From Candidatus Omnitrophota bacterium (GTDB lineage: Bacteria > Omnitrophota > Gorgyraeia > Tantalellales > Tantalellaceae), in NCBI GenBank assembly GCA_043811395.1, contig JBDRNE010000025.1:7137-71136 (forward strand): a DNA stretch of 64,000 nt, written 5' to 3'. The notes under the pieces were generated by a model. It made no database searches. It had not been told where the DNA came from and worked only from the letters and a program-made list of their open reading frames with translations. This document shows positions 47,630 to 56,856 of the stretch, one piece after another (the first letter of the stretch is position 1; each line of letters opens with the position of its first letter). The position numbers and the translations under genes are program-made.

Positions 47630-48931
47630 ATGATAGATAGATTTTTAAAAAAAATATCAATGAAAGAAGTTATAAATTATCTCGCTATTTTTATTATTTT
47701 TGCCGGCGCGTGGATGTATAACATCGGTTCATTTCATATGGTGAGGGGATACTTTATCTTGATGTTTGCTGTTTTGATATTATGGATGCCGTTTCTAAAG
47801 CGGCTTTATTTTAACAAACCTTTTTTAATTTTGTTTTCCATAATAGTTTTTCTTTCGTTTTTAAACATAATACTTGGAAACAATACCGTTACGCTTCTTA
47901 TGAAGCAAACCGTAGGCATAATTTTAAGCGCGTTCATTTTTTATATCTTGATTAGAATAAATGAATACGACATGAAAAAATTATTCAATATTTATTTAAA
48001 TATCGCTTTTATTGTTGCTCTTGTCGGGATATTTCAGGGAGTGAGTTTTTTAATAGGCTTTAAGCCTGGATATGACTACAGTTGGTTTTTATCTCATTGG
48101 AGGGTAAATCCAAACCCGCAATTGGGAGGCATTAGAATTAGTTCGATTTTAGTGGAACCTTCGCAGTTCTGCAATGTAATGATTCCAGCGATATTTGTGT
48201 CTATTACGTCTCTTTTTAATATCGGTTATAAATTTATAGGCAAAAGAAAAGCAATAATTTTTATTTTGCCTTTTCTTTTTACTTTTTCGTCAATGGGGTT
48301 TTTATCGATTTTAGTAGTTTTTATTTTGTTGGGCTACAATTACTTTAACATAAAAAATATGATTATGGCGGGCGCGGCGGTTTTAGCTTGTTTGTGTTTA
48401 TTTTATTTTTCAGTTGACGCTTTCAGGACAAGACTTGATGATTCTATCCGGCTCGTAAAAGGTGAGGTTGCCCCGGAAATAACAAATTTAAGCACTTTCG
48501 CGCTTTACAGCAACGCGCGCGTGGCTTTTTCAAGTTTTATAAACAATCCGTTTTTTGGCGCTGGATTAGGTTCCCATGAAGAAAACTATTATAAGTATAT
48601 CGGCGAAGTTGTTAATGTTGATAAGGTTAAAGATTTTGTAAATGTGAAAGACTCAGGGTCATTGTTTTTAAGGCTTTTGTCTGAGACCGGTTTTTTGGGG
48701 GTATTGGTAATTTTTATTTTTGTATTTAAGTTTTATCTTAAAAGACGAAGTGATCCCACAGAATATTTGTGGATGATAAATAATGCTGTCGCAACAATAT
48801 TTTTTATGAGGCTCGTTAGAAACGGGCATTATTTTAATGAAGGCTTTTTCTTTTTTATCTGGATGTATTATTTTTCAAAGAAAAAAGCGATCAGGGAATC
48901 TGCGGAAATCAAAAGTGTGGAGAGTTTATGA
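47630..48931 (+). CDS. Wzy O-antigen polymerase / O-antigen ligase-family membrane protein
   Basis: About 10-11 TM helices; RISSILVEPS, TFSSMG, NPFFGAGLG, RLLSETG motifs. Confidence 0.75.
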   Translation: MIDRFLKKISMKEVINYLAIFIIFAGAWMYNIGSFHMVRGYFILMFAVLILWMPFLKRLYFNKPFLILFSIIVFLSFLNIILGNNTVTLLMKQTVGIILSAFIFYILIRINEYDMKKLFNIYLNIAFIVALVGIFQGVSFLIGFKPGYDYSWFLSHWRVNPNPQLGGIRISSILVEPSQFCNVMIPAIFVSITSLFNIGYKFIGKRKAIIFILPFLFTFSSMGFLSILVVFILLGYNYFNIKNMIMAGAAVLACLCLFYFSVDAFRTRLDDSIRLVKGEVAPEITNLSTFALYSNARVAFSSFINNPFFGAGLGSHEENYYKYIGEVVNVDKVKDFVNVKDSGSLFLRLLSETGFLGVLVIFIFVFKFYLKRRSDPTEYLWMINNAVATIFFMRLVRNGHYFNEGFFFFIWMYYFSKKKAIRESAEIKSVESL

Positions 48932-50082
48932 AAGTTCTTTACGTTTGTCCCGGGTTAAATATTCAAAGAGGGGGAGCAATAACCGCAGTCGTAAATTTGG
49001 CAAGGACGCTTTCTGCTAAAGGTGTTTCAATCTCCATTTTTGCTCCGCGGTCGGACTGTGAAGAATACGGGTATACGGACGAGCTTAAAAATGTAAACGT
49101 GGAATTTTTTAAAAAGGGATTATTGTCTAAAATTTGGACAGGATATTCGCCGCGTTTAGCACGCAACTTAAAAAAAAGAGTTAGGGAATTTGATTTGATA
49201 CATATTCATGAATTGTGGCATTATCCAGCTTTTTCGGCTTACCGCGCGGCGAAACGCGCGGGTATTCCTTTTGTTATAACGGCGCATGGTGAACTGACAT
49301 CGCGAATGCGTGGATATAAGTCTTTCAGAAAAAAGATTTATATGCGTTTTGTTCAAAAAGATATTCTTAAAAATGCGCGCGCGCTTCACGCTATCACACG
49401 AGAAGAAGTTAAGGATTTTTATAATTTAACAAAACATGGAAATGTGGTTCATATCCCGAATGGATTAGATGTTGAAGAATTTAAGAATTTACCAAACGCG
49501 GATATTTTTAAAAATGTTTTTCCGGAAACGAAAAATAAAAAAATAATTTTGTTTTTAGGACGTATGCATCCGGTTAAAGGGATTGACATTCTTGCACAAG
49601 CTTTTGGCGCGCTTGCAAAAAATAGAAACGATGTACGTTTAATAATTGCCGGACCGGACAATGAAGGGTATCTCCGGAATATTGTTAAAATACTTAAAAA
49701 AGAAAAAGCTTTAGAAAAAACGGTTTTTACTGATATGGTGTCAGGGGAACTTAAAAAATCACTTTTGCGAGCGGCAGACATTTTTGTTTTGCCATCGCAT
49801 TCGGAAGTTTTGGGTCTAAGTACGTTAGAAGCTATGGTTTGCGGAGTGCCCGTAATTATCAGCAAAAATTGTAATTTTCCTGAAGTCGAAGAGCGTTTCG
49901 CGGGCAAAGTTATTAATATGACACGAGGAGAATTATGTAAAACACTCGATTTTTTACTTGATAATACTGAAATTCGCGCTGAAATGGGAGAAAATGGAAA
50001 GAGGTTAATTGAAGATCAATATACTTTGGATGTCGTGGGAGAGAAAATAAAAACGTTTTATGAAGATATAGTTTTAAATTAG
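48928..50082 (+). CDS. GT4 glycosyltransferase
   Basis: IPNG, FLGRMHPVKG, LPSHSEVLGLSTLEAM. Confidence 0.92.
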   Translation: MKVLYVCPGLNIQRGGAITAVVNLARTLSAKGVSISIFAPRSDCEEYGYTDELKNVNVEFFKKGLLSKIWTGYSPRLARNLKKRVREFDLIHIHELWHYPAFSAYRAAKRAGIPFVITAHGELTSRMRGYKSFRKKIYMRFVQKDILKNARALHAITREEVKDFYNLTKHGNVVHIPNGLDVEEFKNLPNADIFKNVFPETKNKKIILFLGRMHPVKGIDILAQAFGALAKNRNDVRLIIAGPDNEGYLRNIVKILKKEKALEKTVFTDMVSGELKKSLLRAADIFVLPSHSEVLGLSTLEAMVCGVPVIISKNCNFPEVEERFAGKVINMTRGELCKTLDFLLDNTEIRAEMGENGKRLIEDQYTLDVVGEKIKTFYEDIVLN

Positions 50083-50092
50083 AAAAAAATGG

Positions 50093-50212
50093 AAAAATCC
50101 CCCTGCCCCCCTTTTACAAAGGGGGAAGAAATCATAGTGGGATAAGTTTTTTTTATTTGTAATGAAAAATATCCAAGTTCCCCCTTTGTAAAAGGGGGTT
50201 AGGGGGATTTTT
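50093..50212. repeat. REP doublet (REPIN/MITE-like): two 35-bp inverted copies, 50-bp spacer
   Basis: AAAAATCCCCCTGCCCCCCTTTTACAAAGGGGGAA (50093-50127) versus reverse complement of 50178-50212, 33/35 identical; each arm carries its own CCCCC..GGGGG hairpin. Confidence 0.85.
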
Positions 50213-50228
50213 TAACAATAGGAGATGT

Positions 50229-51212
50229 ATGACTCCTCGTATACTCATAACCGGAGCATCGGGTTTTATAGGAACAAATGTCTTAAAGTTTTATCTTGAT
50301 AAAGGTATTGAAGTTATAAACGTTGACAAGAATCCGCCTATGGATAGCGCTAACCTTAAATATTGGCGGGAAACTGATATTTTGAATCTTAATGAACTTA
50401 AAAAAGCTGTGCGCGAGTTTGTGCCTACACATATAATACATTTGGCCGCGCGTACGGATTTAGATGAAAAAAAAGATATAAGAGGATACGATGTTAATGT
50501 CAAAGGCACGGAAAATCTGATTAACGTTGTTAAGGAATACGCTAGCATTAAACGTGTTATTTTTGCTTCAAGCATGCTTGTTTGTAAGCTTGGATACAAT
50601 CCTAATAATAAATGTGACTATATGCCCTCAACTTTATACGGCGAAAGTAAAGTTTTAGGGGAGAAACTTGTGTATGAAAATGATGCAATGCTTCCGGAAT
50701 GGGTTATAGTTAGACCCACTTCTATCTGGGGGCCATGGTTTGGCGATCCGTATTATAAATTTTTCGATATGGTAATAAAAAGGAAGTATGTCTCGTTAGG
50801 CAAATACGCCGCAACTAAAACGTTCGGATATATAAAAAATGCAGTATTTCAAATGGATAAACTCCTTTTTGAAGAGAGCAGAAAAGTAGAGAAAAGAATG
50901 TTTTATTTGGGAGATTACAGTCCTCTCAATATTTCCGTGTGGTCAGATAATATAACCGAAGTTTTAAAAGAAAAACCTGCAAAGCGCGTTCCAATGTTTA
51001 TCTTTCGCATGGCCGCGTTAGTGGGAGATATGCTAAGGATGTTAAATTTTAAAAAGTTCCCAATGAATAGTTTTAGGTTGAAAAATATGACAAAAGATAA
51101 TATCATTAACTTACGCGATATTAAACAAATTGTGCCGGCTTTACCGTGTTCATTAGAAGAAGGCATACAGGAAACTTTAGAGTGGATGAAAGAAAGTGCC
51201 GCAAAAGTATGA
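50229..51212 (+). CDS. NAD-dependent epimerase/dehydratase
   Basis: ITGASGFIG, HLAART, YGESK, RPTSIWGP. Confidence 0.87.
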   Translation: MTPRILITGASGFIGTNVLKFYLDKGIEVINVDKNPPMDSANLKYWRETDILNLNELKKAVREFVPTHIIHLAARTDLDEKKDIRGYDVNVKGTENLINVVKEYASIKRVIFASSMLVCKLGYNPNNKCDYMPSTLYGESKVLGEKLVYENDAMLPEWVIVRPTSIWGPWFGDPYYKFFDMVIKRKYVSLGKYAATKTFGYIKNAVFQMDKLLFEESRKVEKRMFYLGDYSPLNISVWSDNITEVLKEKPAKRVPMFIFRMAALVGDMLRMLNFKKFPMNSFRLKNMTKDNIINLRDIKQIVPALPCSLEEGIQETLEWMKESAAKV

Positions 51213-51958
51213 AAGTTTCTATTATAACAGATGTTTTAAATTCAGAAAACACTTTAGAAGAATCTATTCTAAGTGTTTTAAATCAGGATTACGAAAACAT
51301 TGAGTACATAATAGTCGATGGCTGGTCTACTGACGGAACTTTGAAAATTATTGATAAATATATGAAAGGCATCTCGAAGTTTATTTCGGAGCCGGATAAA
51401 AATCATTTTGACGCGATGAATAAAGGGATAAGGCTTGCATCCGGGGATATTATAGGATTCCTTCATGCGGATGATATTTTTGCCGATAATTTTGTTATAC
51501 GAAAGATCGCGGAAGAGTTTATTCGTAAAGACATAGATTGCGTGTGGGGGGATTTACTATACGTTGATAAAGAGGATACGGACAAGATCGTTAGATGGTG
51601 GAAGAGTTCCGAGTATAAGAAAGATCTATTCAGAAAAGGGTGGATGCCGGCTCACCCGACTTTTTTTGTAAAAAGGGAAGTATATGAAAAACACGGGAAT
51701 TTTAATCTTGATCTGCCGATAGCAGGAGATTATGAAATCATGCTTAGGTTTCTTCACAAATGCGGAATAAAAGGGTCTTATATCCCGGAGGTGTTAGTTA
51801 AAATGCGGTTAGGCGGGTTAAGTAACCAAAGTTTGAAGAATATCATCCAAAAATCAAGTGAAGATTTGAAAGCGTGGCAGGTTAACGGATTTAGTAGGAG
51901 TTTGGGAACGTTGTTTCTAAAGAACATATCAAAGGTTTCACAGTTTTTTGTGAAATAA
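51209..51958 (+). CDS. GT2 glycosyltransferase (WcaE-like)
   Basis: IIVDGWSTDGT, SEPD, DAMNKG, FLHADD, GWMPAHP, DYEIMLR. Confidence 0.9.
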   Translation: MKVSIITDVLNSENTLEESILSVLNQDYENIEYIIVDGWSTDGTLKIIDKYMKGISKFISEPDKNHFDAMNKGIRLASGDIIGFLHADDIFADNFVIRKIAEEFIRKDIDCVWGDLLYVDKEDTDKIVRWWKSSEYKKDLFRKGWMPAHPTFFVKREVYEKHGNFNLDLPIAGDYEIMLRFLHKCGIKGSYIPEVLVKMRLGGLSNQSLKNIIQKSSEDLKAWQVNGFSRSLGTLFLKNISKVSQFFVK

Positions 51959-52006
51959 GAAGTATTATTTTAAAACAAAAAACCGACCAATGGTGAAAGG
52001 CACAAG

Positions 52007-53026
52007 ATGACAGGTAAAAAGATTTTGGTAACCGGCGCAGGCGGATTTATAGGGTCACACCTAGCAAAAAAACTTTTTAATGAGGATAATTTTGTCCGAG
52101 CGGTTGATATAAAATGGGATAATTATATTGACGAAAAATATTTTTCAGAAGAACTTACGCTTGATTTAAGAAAATATGAAAATTGCGTTCTAGCAGTAAA
52201 AGATATGGATTATGTTTTTAATTTAGCGGCAAATATGGGAGGCATAGCTTTTATTACTGAAGTAGGCGCGGATATAATGCATGACAATACGCTTATAAAT
52301 TTTTATATGGCCAAAGCTTGTTTAGCGGAAAAAGTGAGGCGTTTGTTTTTTTCATCATCCGCGTGTATTTATCCGACATATAAACAAACTGCCGCGGAAG
52401 TTAAGCCCCTCAAAGAAACAGATGCTTATCCCGCTAACCCGGATGATTTTTACGGTTGGGAAAAACTTTACGCGGAAAAGATGCTGGAAGCTTTTTCTCG
52501 GGATTACGGGCTAGACGCGCGTATCGCTCGATTTCATAACATTTATGGTCCCGAAGGTACATACAAAGGTGGAAGGGAAAAGTCACCCGCCGCGCTTTGC
52601 AGGAAAGTTTCATCAGCGACTGAAGACGGCGAGATAGAAATTTGGGGCGATGGGGAGCAAACCCGTTCGTATTGTTATATTGATGATTGTTTGAAAGGGA
52701 TAATAATGCTCATGGAGTCTGACTATACAGAGCCTCTTAACATCGGTTCGGATAGACTTGTTACGATCAATGAACTGGCGGACATTATTATTAAGATTTC
52801 CGGTAAAAATATTGCAAAAAAGTATAATTTGAACGCGCCACAAGGCGTCAGGGGTCGAAACGCGGATTTAACCATTGCTGAAAGTTTAGGGTGGCTTCCG
52901 GAAGTAAGTCTGGAGGAAGGCATTAGGAACGTTTATTTATGGATAACTTCCGAGTTAGAAAAAGTAAAGCAAAAGAAATCAAATTTTGACACCTCAACCG
53001 CAGGAAATATCTGCGTTAAGCCATAA
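52007..53026 (+). CDS. GDP-mannose 3,5-epimerase (GME)-like
   Basis: LAANMGGIAFI, SSACIYP, YGWEK, RFHNIYGP, GGREKSPAALCRK, WGDGEQTRS, PQGVRGRN. Confidence 0.85.
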   Translation: MTGKKILVTGAGGFIGSHLAKKLFNEDNFVRAVDIKWDNYIDEKYFSEELTLDLRKYENCVLAVKDMDYVFNLAANMGGIAFITEVGADIMHDNTLINFYMAKACLAEKVRRLFFSSSACIYPTYKQTAAEVKPLKETDAYPANPDDFYGWEKLYAEKMLEAFSRDYGLDARIARFHNIYGPEGTYKGGREKSPAALCRKVSSATEDGEIEIWGDGEQTRSYCYIDDCLKGIIMLMESDYTEPLNIGSDRLVTINELADIIIKISGKNIAKKYNLNAPQGVRGRNADLTIAESLGWLPEVSLEEGIRNVYLWITSELEKVKQKKSNFDTSTAGNICVKP

Positions 53027-53028
53027 AT

Positions 53029-54018
53029 ATGGATTCTATAACAGTCGAAAATGTTACGAAAACAAAAACTTTAAAAAAAGCCATTGTTGTCCCGTCTTAT
53101 AAAGTGTCGGATAGCTTGCCGCTTCTCTTAGAAAAAATACCATCGACGAGCGTTGATTATATCATTGTGGTTGATGATAAATGCCCTGATGGTTCAGGTC
53201 TTGGCGCGGAGAAACTTAACAAAAAAAATTGTGTTGTAATTTATCATGAACAAAACCAAGGCGTTGGCGGCGCGGTTATTTCAGGGTATTTAAAAGCACT
53301 TGATTTAGGTTGTGACATAATTGTAAAAATGGACGGAGACGGTCAAATGGATCCGGCGGATTTAGAAAAGTTTATAGAAGCACTTTCGCGCGGGTCAGCC
53401 GATTATGTTAAAGGCAATAGGTTTAATGATGTTACGGCGTTAAGAAATATGCCGAAAATACGTCTTTTCGGTAACAGTGTACTGTCTTTTATCATCAAAG
53501 TGGTTTCCGGCTATTGGGATATAATGGACCCCACGAACGGTTATACCGCAATCCATAGAAAGGTATTGGAAAGGATTGATTTGAATAAAATATCTAAAGG
53601 ATATTTTTTTGAAACAAATATGCTGATAGAGCTTAATATTGTTGACGCGGTTGTAAAGGATATTTCTATCCCGGCTAAATATGATAATCAAAACAGTTCT
53701 CTTAGCATAGGAAGAGTTCTCATAGAGTTTCCGTTTAAGCTGATGAATGGGCTGTTAAGAAGAATTTTCTTAAAATATTTTGTTTATGATTTTAATGTCG
53801 CGTCAGTTTGTATTTTGCTGGGAGTTCCACTTTTTATGTGTGGTATCATTTTTGGCGCTAAAGAATGGATAAATTCGTGTTTAACTGGCCAGCCGAGGAC
53901 TTCCGGAACGATTATTCTTATCGCGTTAATTTTAATTGTTTCTTTTCAGATGCTACTCAAAGCGGTAAGCATAGACATTTATAAAACACCTAAAAAGCCT
54001 CAATTTCGAACAGACTGA
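53029..54018 (+). CDS. GT2 polyprenyl-phosphate glycosyltransferase (DPM1-like with C-terminal TMs)
   Basis: VDDKCPD, NQGVGGA, KMDGDGQM, KGNRF, DPTNGY, two C-terminal TM helices. Confidence 0.88.
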   Translation: MDSITVENVTKTKTLKKAIVVPSYKVSDSLPLLLEKIPSTSVDYIIVVDDKCPDGSGLGAEKLNKKNCVVIYHEQNQGVGGAVISGYLKALDLGCDIIVKMDGDGQMDPADLEKFIEALSRGSADYVKGNRFNDVTALRNMPKIRLFGNSVLSFIIKVVSGYWDIMDPTNGYTAIHRKVLERIDLNKISKGYFFETNMLIELNIVDAVVKDISIPAKYDNQNSSLSIGRVLIEFPFKLMNGLLRRIFLKYFVYDFNVASVCILLGVPLFMCGIIFGAKEWINSCLTGQPRTSGTIILIALILIVSFQMLLKAVSIDIYKTPKKPQFRTD

Positions 54019-54062
54019 AAGATATTTGGTTTTAACTCAAACAAATTTAAAGGATATGATAG

Positions 54063-55457
54063 ATGCCGTTAAAGGTAATGTTCATTAACGCGATAAATCC
54101 CTACAGGGAAATTGAATCCCGGTATCCCCCGCTTGGAGTAGGGTATCTCATAAGTTCTCTTAGGCATCATTTTGACAAGAATACTTTTGAATTTAAGGTA
54201 ATTGATCATAATGTTAAAGCGGAAATTGCCGAATTTGAGCCAAGTATTGTAGGAATTACCTTTGTTACGCAAAATTGTAATATTGCCGTTAAATATGCTG
54301 AAATATGTAAAGGAAAAAGTATTCCGGTGATCGCGGGAGGTATTCATATTTCGTCATTACCTTTTTCTCTTTCTTCTCATATGGATATAGGAGTTGTTGG
54401 CGAGGGAGAGAGAACGATTATTGATATTTTTAAGTTATTTTTAGAACGCGGCAAGTTTGACGCGGAAGATCTTGAGAAAATTAAGGGTATTGTGTATAGA
54501 ACCGGTGCGGGAGACCTGAAACTTACGCCGGAACGTGAGAAAATATTACCATTGGATGAAGTACCTTTGCCGTCGAGAGATCTGTTTGAGATCAAACGGC
54601 ATAGTTATTTGTTCTCTTCAAGAGGATGTCCTTATCATTGTTCTTTCTGCGCGTCTTCCAGGTTCTGGAACCAGGTCAGGTTCTTCTCAGCGGAATATGT
54701 GGTTGGTGAGATAAGGGAATTGGCAGAAAAATATAAAGTGAATCTTATAAGTTTTTACGATGATTTAATGATCGCCGATCGTGCGAGGGTAGAAAAAATA
54801 GCTAGTTTATTACGGAAAGAATACAGCTTGAACAAAATTAAATTCGCGATTAACGCGAGAGCTAATTTGCTTACGGACAATATGGCAGGGCTTCTTAAGG
54901 ATATGAATGTTGTTTCAGTAAACATGGGATTAGAGTCCGGGAGCGAAAAGGTGCTTCGTTATTTAAAAGGCGGCTCGGTTAGTGTTGAGCAGAATAGGAG
55001 GGCAATAAAATCCTTGAAAAAATTTGGAATAGCCGCTAACGCGTCTTTTGTTATAGGATCTCCGAATGAGACCAAAGAAGATATTCTCAAGACATATGAT
55101 TTTATCGGCAAAAATAAACTAAATCACATAGATATCTATCTTTTAACTCCCTTACCCGGAACGCCCATGTGGGGTTACGCTAAAGAGAGAGGGCTTGTCG
55201 ATGATAATATGAATTGGGATGACTTAAACCTTAACTTTGCGCCCGGCGCGCGTGGAACAATTAATCTGTCGGAGACTCTGACAGAGAAAGAAATATACGC
55301 GTTATACAGAAAATTTCAGAGACGAAGGGTATATACTGTTATTAAAAATTTGCCAAGACATCCTTTCCGCCGAGATATTTGTTCCTCTTTCGGTAGAATG
55401 GCGGCAAATCTTATCAAAAAAGGAATAAAACGGCAGAATGAAAATACTATTAATTAG
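54063..55457 (+). CDS. Cobalamin-binding radical SAM protein
   Basis: PPLGVGYL, GGIH, GEGE, SSRGCPYHCSFC, GLESGSE, PLPGT. Confidence 0.92.
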   Translation: MPLKVMFINAINPYREIESRYPPLGVGYLISSLRHHFDKNTFEFKVIDHNVKAEIAEFEPSIVGITFVTQNCNIAVKYAEICKGKSIPVIAGGIHISSLPFSLSSHMDIGVVGEGERTIIDIFKLFLERGKFDAEDLEKIKGIVYRTGAGDLKLTPEREKILPLDEVPLPSRDLFEIKRHSYLFSSRGCPYHCSFCASSRFWNQVRFFSAEYVVGEIRELAEKYKVNLISFYDDLMIADRARVEKIASLLRKEYSLNKIKFAINARANLLTDNMAGLLKDMNVVSVNMGLESGSEKVLRYLKGGSVSVEQNRRAIKSLKKFGIAANASFVIGSPNETKEDILKTYDFIGKNKLNHIDIYLLTPLPGTPMWGYAKERGLVDDNMNWDDLNLNFAPGARGTINLSETLTEKEIYALYRKFQRRRVYTVIKNLPRHPFRRDICSSFGRMAANLIKKGIKRQNENTIN

Positions 55458-56856
55458 CGCGCCGTATGTAGATTATTACGGTCCTATAAAATTGGCTTCA
55501 GGAAGATATTTTCCTCTTGGTTTGGGGTATATTGCTTCATATTTGCGTAGGAAAAGTCATGAAGTTCTTTTATGTGAACCGGAAGCGCAAGGGTTAAGCT
55601 ACAAAATGATACATGATATTTTTTTTAGGGAGAAACCCGATGTCATTGGGATCTCGAGTGCTACCCCCAATTTTTATAACGCGGTAAAACTTGCCAAGTT
55701 AGCAAAAACCGCGACCACTGCCGTGGTAGTTTATGGTGGCGCTCACGCCAGCGCTATCCCGGAATTTATTGTTCAAAAGTACGGCGAATATTTTGATTAC
55801 TTAGTTGTTGGTGAGGGTGAAGAAACCCTTGGAGAGCTTGCCGCCTGCTTAAATGACAGGCAAATACCTTTTGAAGTCCCGGGGCTTTGCTTTTCTCACA
55901 ATGGGAACGTAGTCAGGACAGAGAATCGAAAACCTATGGAAAATTTAGACTCTTTGCCGTATCCCGCGAGGGATCTTATCTCTCCGAAATTATTCAGACC
56001 TAACATGCACAATGTTCGTTATAAAAAGTGTTTTACTATGCTGACAAGCCGTGGCTGTCCTTTCAATTGCTCTTTTTGCGCTTCGTATTTAACTATGGGG
56101 AAAAGATATCGTCCACATAGCGCTGATTATGTGCTTGGTGAGATGAGTTTTTTGCGCGAGCGCTATAATGCCCAACAATTGATAATAAATGATGACACAT
56201 TTACTTTGGATAGAGGTAGATTGGTCGAAATTTGTGAAGGTATGATAAAAAAACGGCTTAATTTTAAGTGGTTTTGTTTTTCTCAAATTGCGGCAGTAGA
56301 TAAAGATGTTTTAAAATTGATGAACGAGGCAGGCTGTTATAACATAGGGTTTGGAGTTGAATCGGCTTCCCCCCGCATTATGGAATCGATTGGTAAAACT
56401 ATTCCTTTAAAAAAATGCGCCGAAGTTATTAATGACGCGAACGCCCTAGGGATAAAGACCCAGGCCTTTTTTGTTTTCGGAAAAAAAGGAGAAACTCTTC
56501 AGGAAATGAAAGATACTGTGAAATTCGCGCTTAGCGTCAATCCGACATTGGCGTTTTTTAATATGCTTGTTCCGTATCCAGGGACGAGAGATTTCTCGGA
56601 TTTCTTTAAGGATGTTCCGTTAGAACAGATTGAATGGAAAGATTTTGTTGCCATAGGTACAAAATCCGTGTTAAAACAATCTTGCGGTAGAGCAATAGAT
56701 TTGGAGAAGATGCTAAGCGAGGCTAATTTGAAATTCTATTTCAGAGGCAAACAACTTTTACATATTTTATCGAAGATCGGGACTTGGCACGAATTCCGGG
56801 CATATATAACAGGCGCGGCGGCTTTAAGCTTGCAGATGATGAAATGGAATAAGTAG
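55438..56856 (+). CDS. Cobalamin-binding radical SAM protein
   Basis: FPLGLGYIA, GGAH, GEGE, TSRGCPFNCSFC, DDTFT, PYPGT. Confidence 0.92.
   Translation: MKILLISAPYVDYYGPIKLASGRYFPLGLGYIASYLRRKSHEVLLCEPEAQGLSYKMIHDIFFREKPDVIGISSATPNFYNAVKLAKLAKTATTAVVVYGGAHASAIPEFIVQKYGEYFDYLVVGEGEETLGELAACLNDRQIPFEVPGLCFSHNGNVVRTENRKPMENLDSLPYPARDLISPKLFRPNMHNVRYKKCFTMLTSRGCPFNCSFCASYLTMGKRYRPHSADYVLGEMSFLRERYNAQQLIINDDTFTLDRGRLVEICEGMIKKRLNFKWFCFSQIAAVDKDVLKLMNEAGCYNIGFGVESASPRIMESIGKTIPLKKCAEVINDANALGIKTQAFFVFGKKGETLQEMKDTVKFALSVNPTLAFFNMLVPYPGTRDFSDFFKDVPLEQIEWKDFVAIGTKSVLKQSCGRAIDLEKMLSEANLKFYFRGKQLLHILSKIGTWHEFRAYITGAAALSLQMMKWNK

Noticed and set aside
8266-50212. CRISPR array or integron attC cassettes from the palindromic repeats
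   Set aside because: Repeats are isolated, not regularly spaced with unique spacers; no cas or integrase genes; no GTTRRRY/RYYYAAC cassette structure
10243-56856. Phosphonate/P-methyltransferase or hopanoid roles for the B12 radical SAMs
   Set aside because: No PEP mutase, phosphonopyruvate decarboxylase or squalene-hopene cyclase genes in the window
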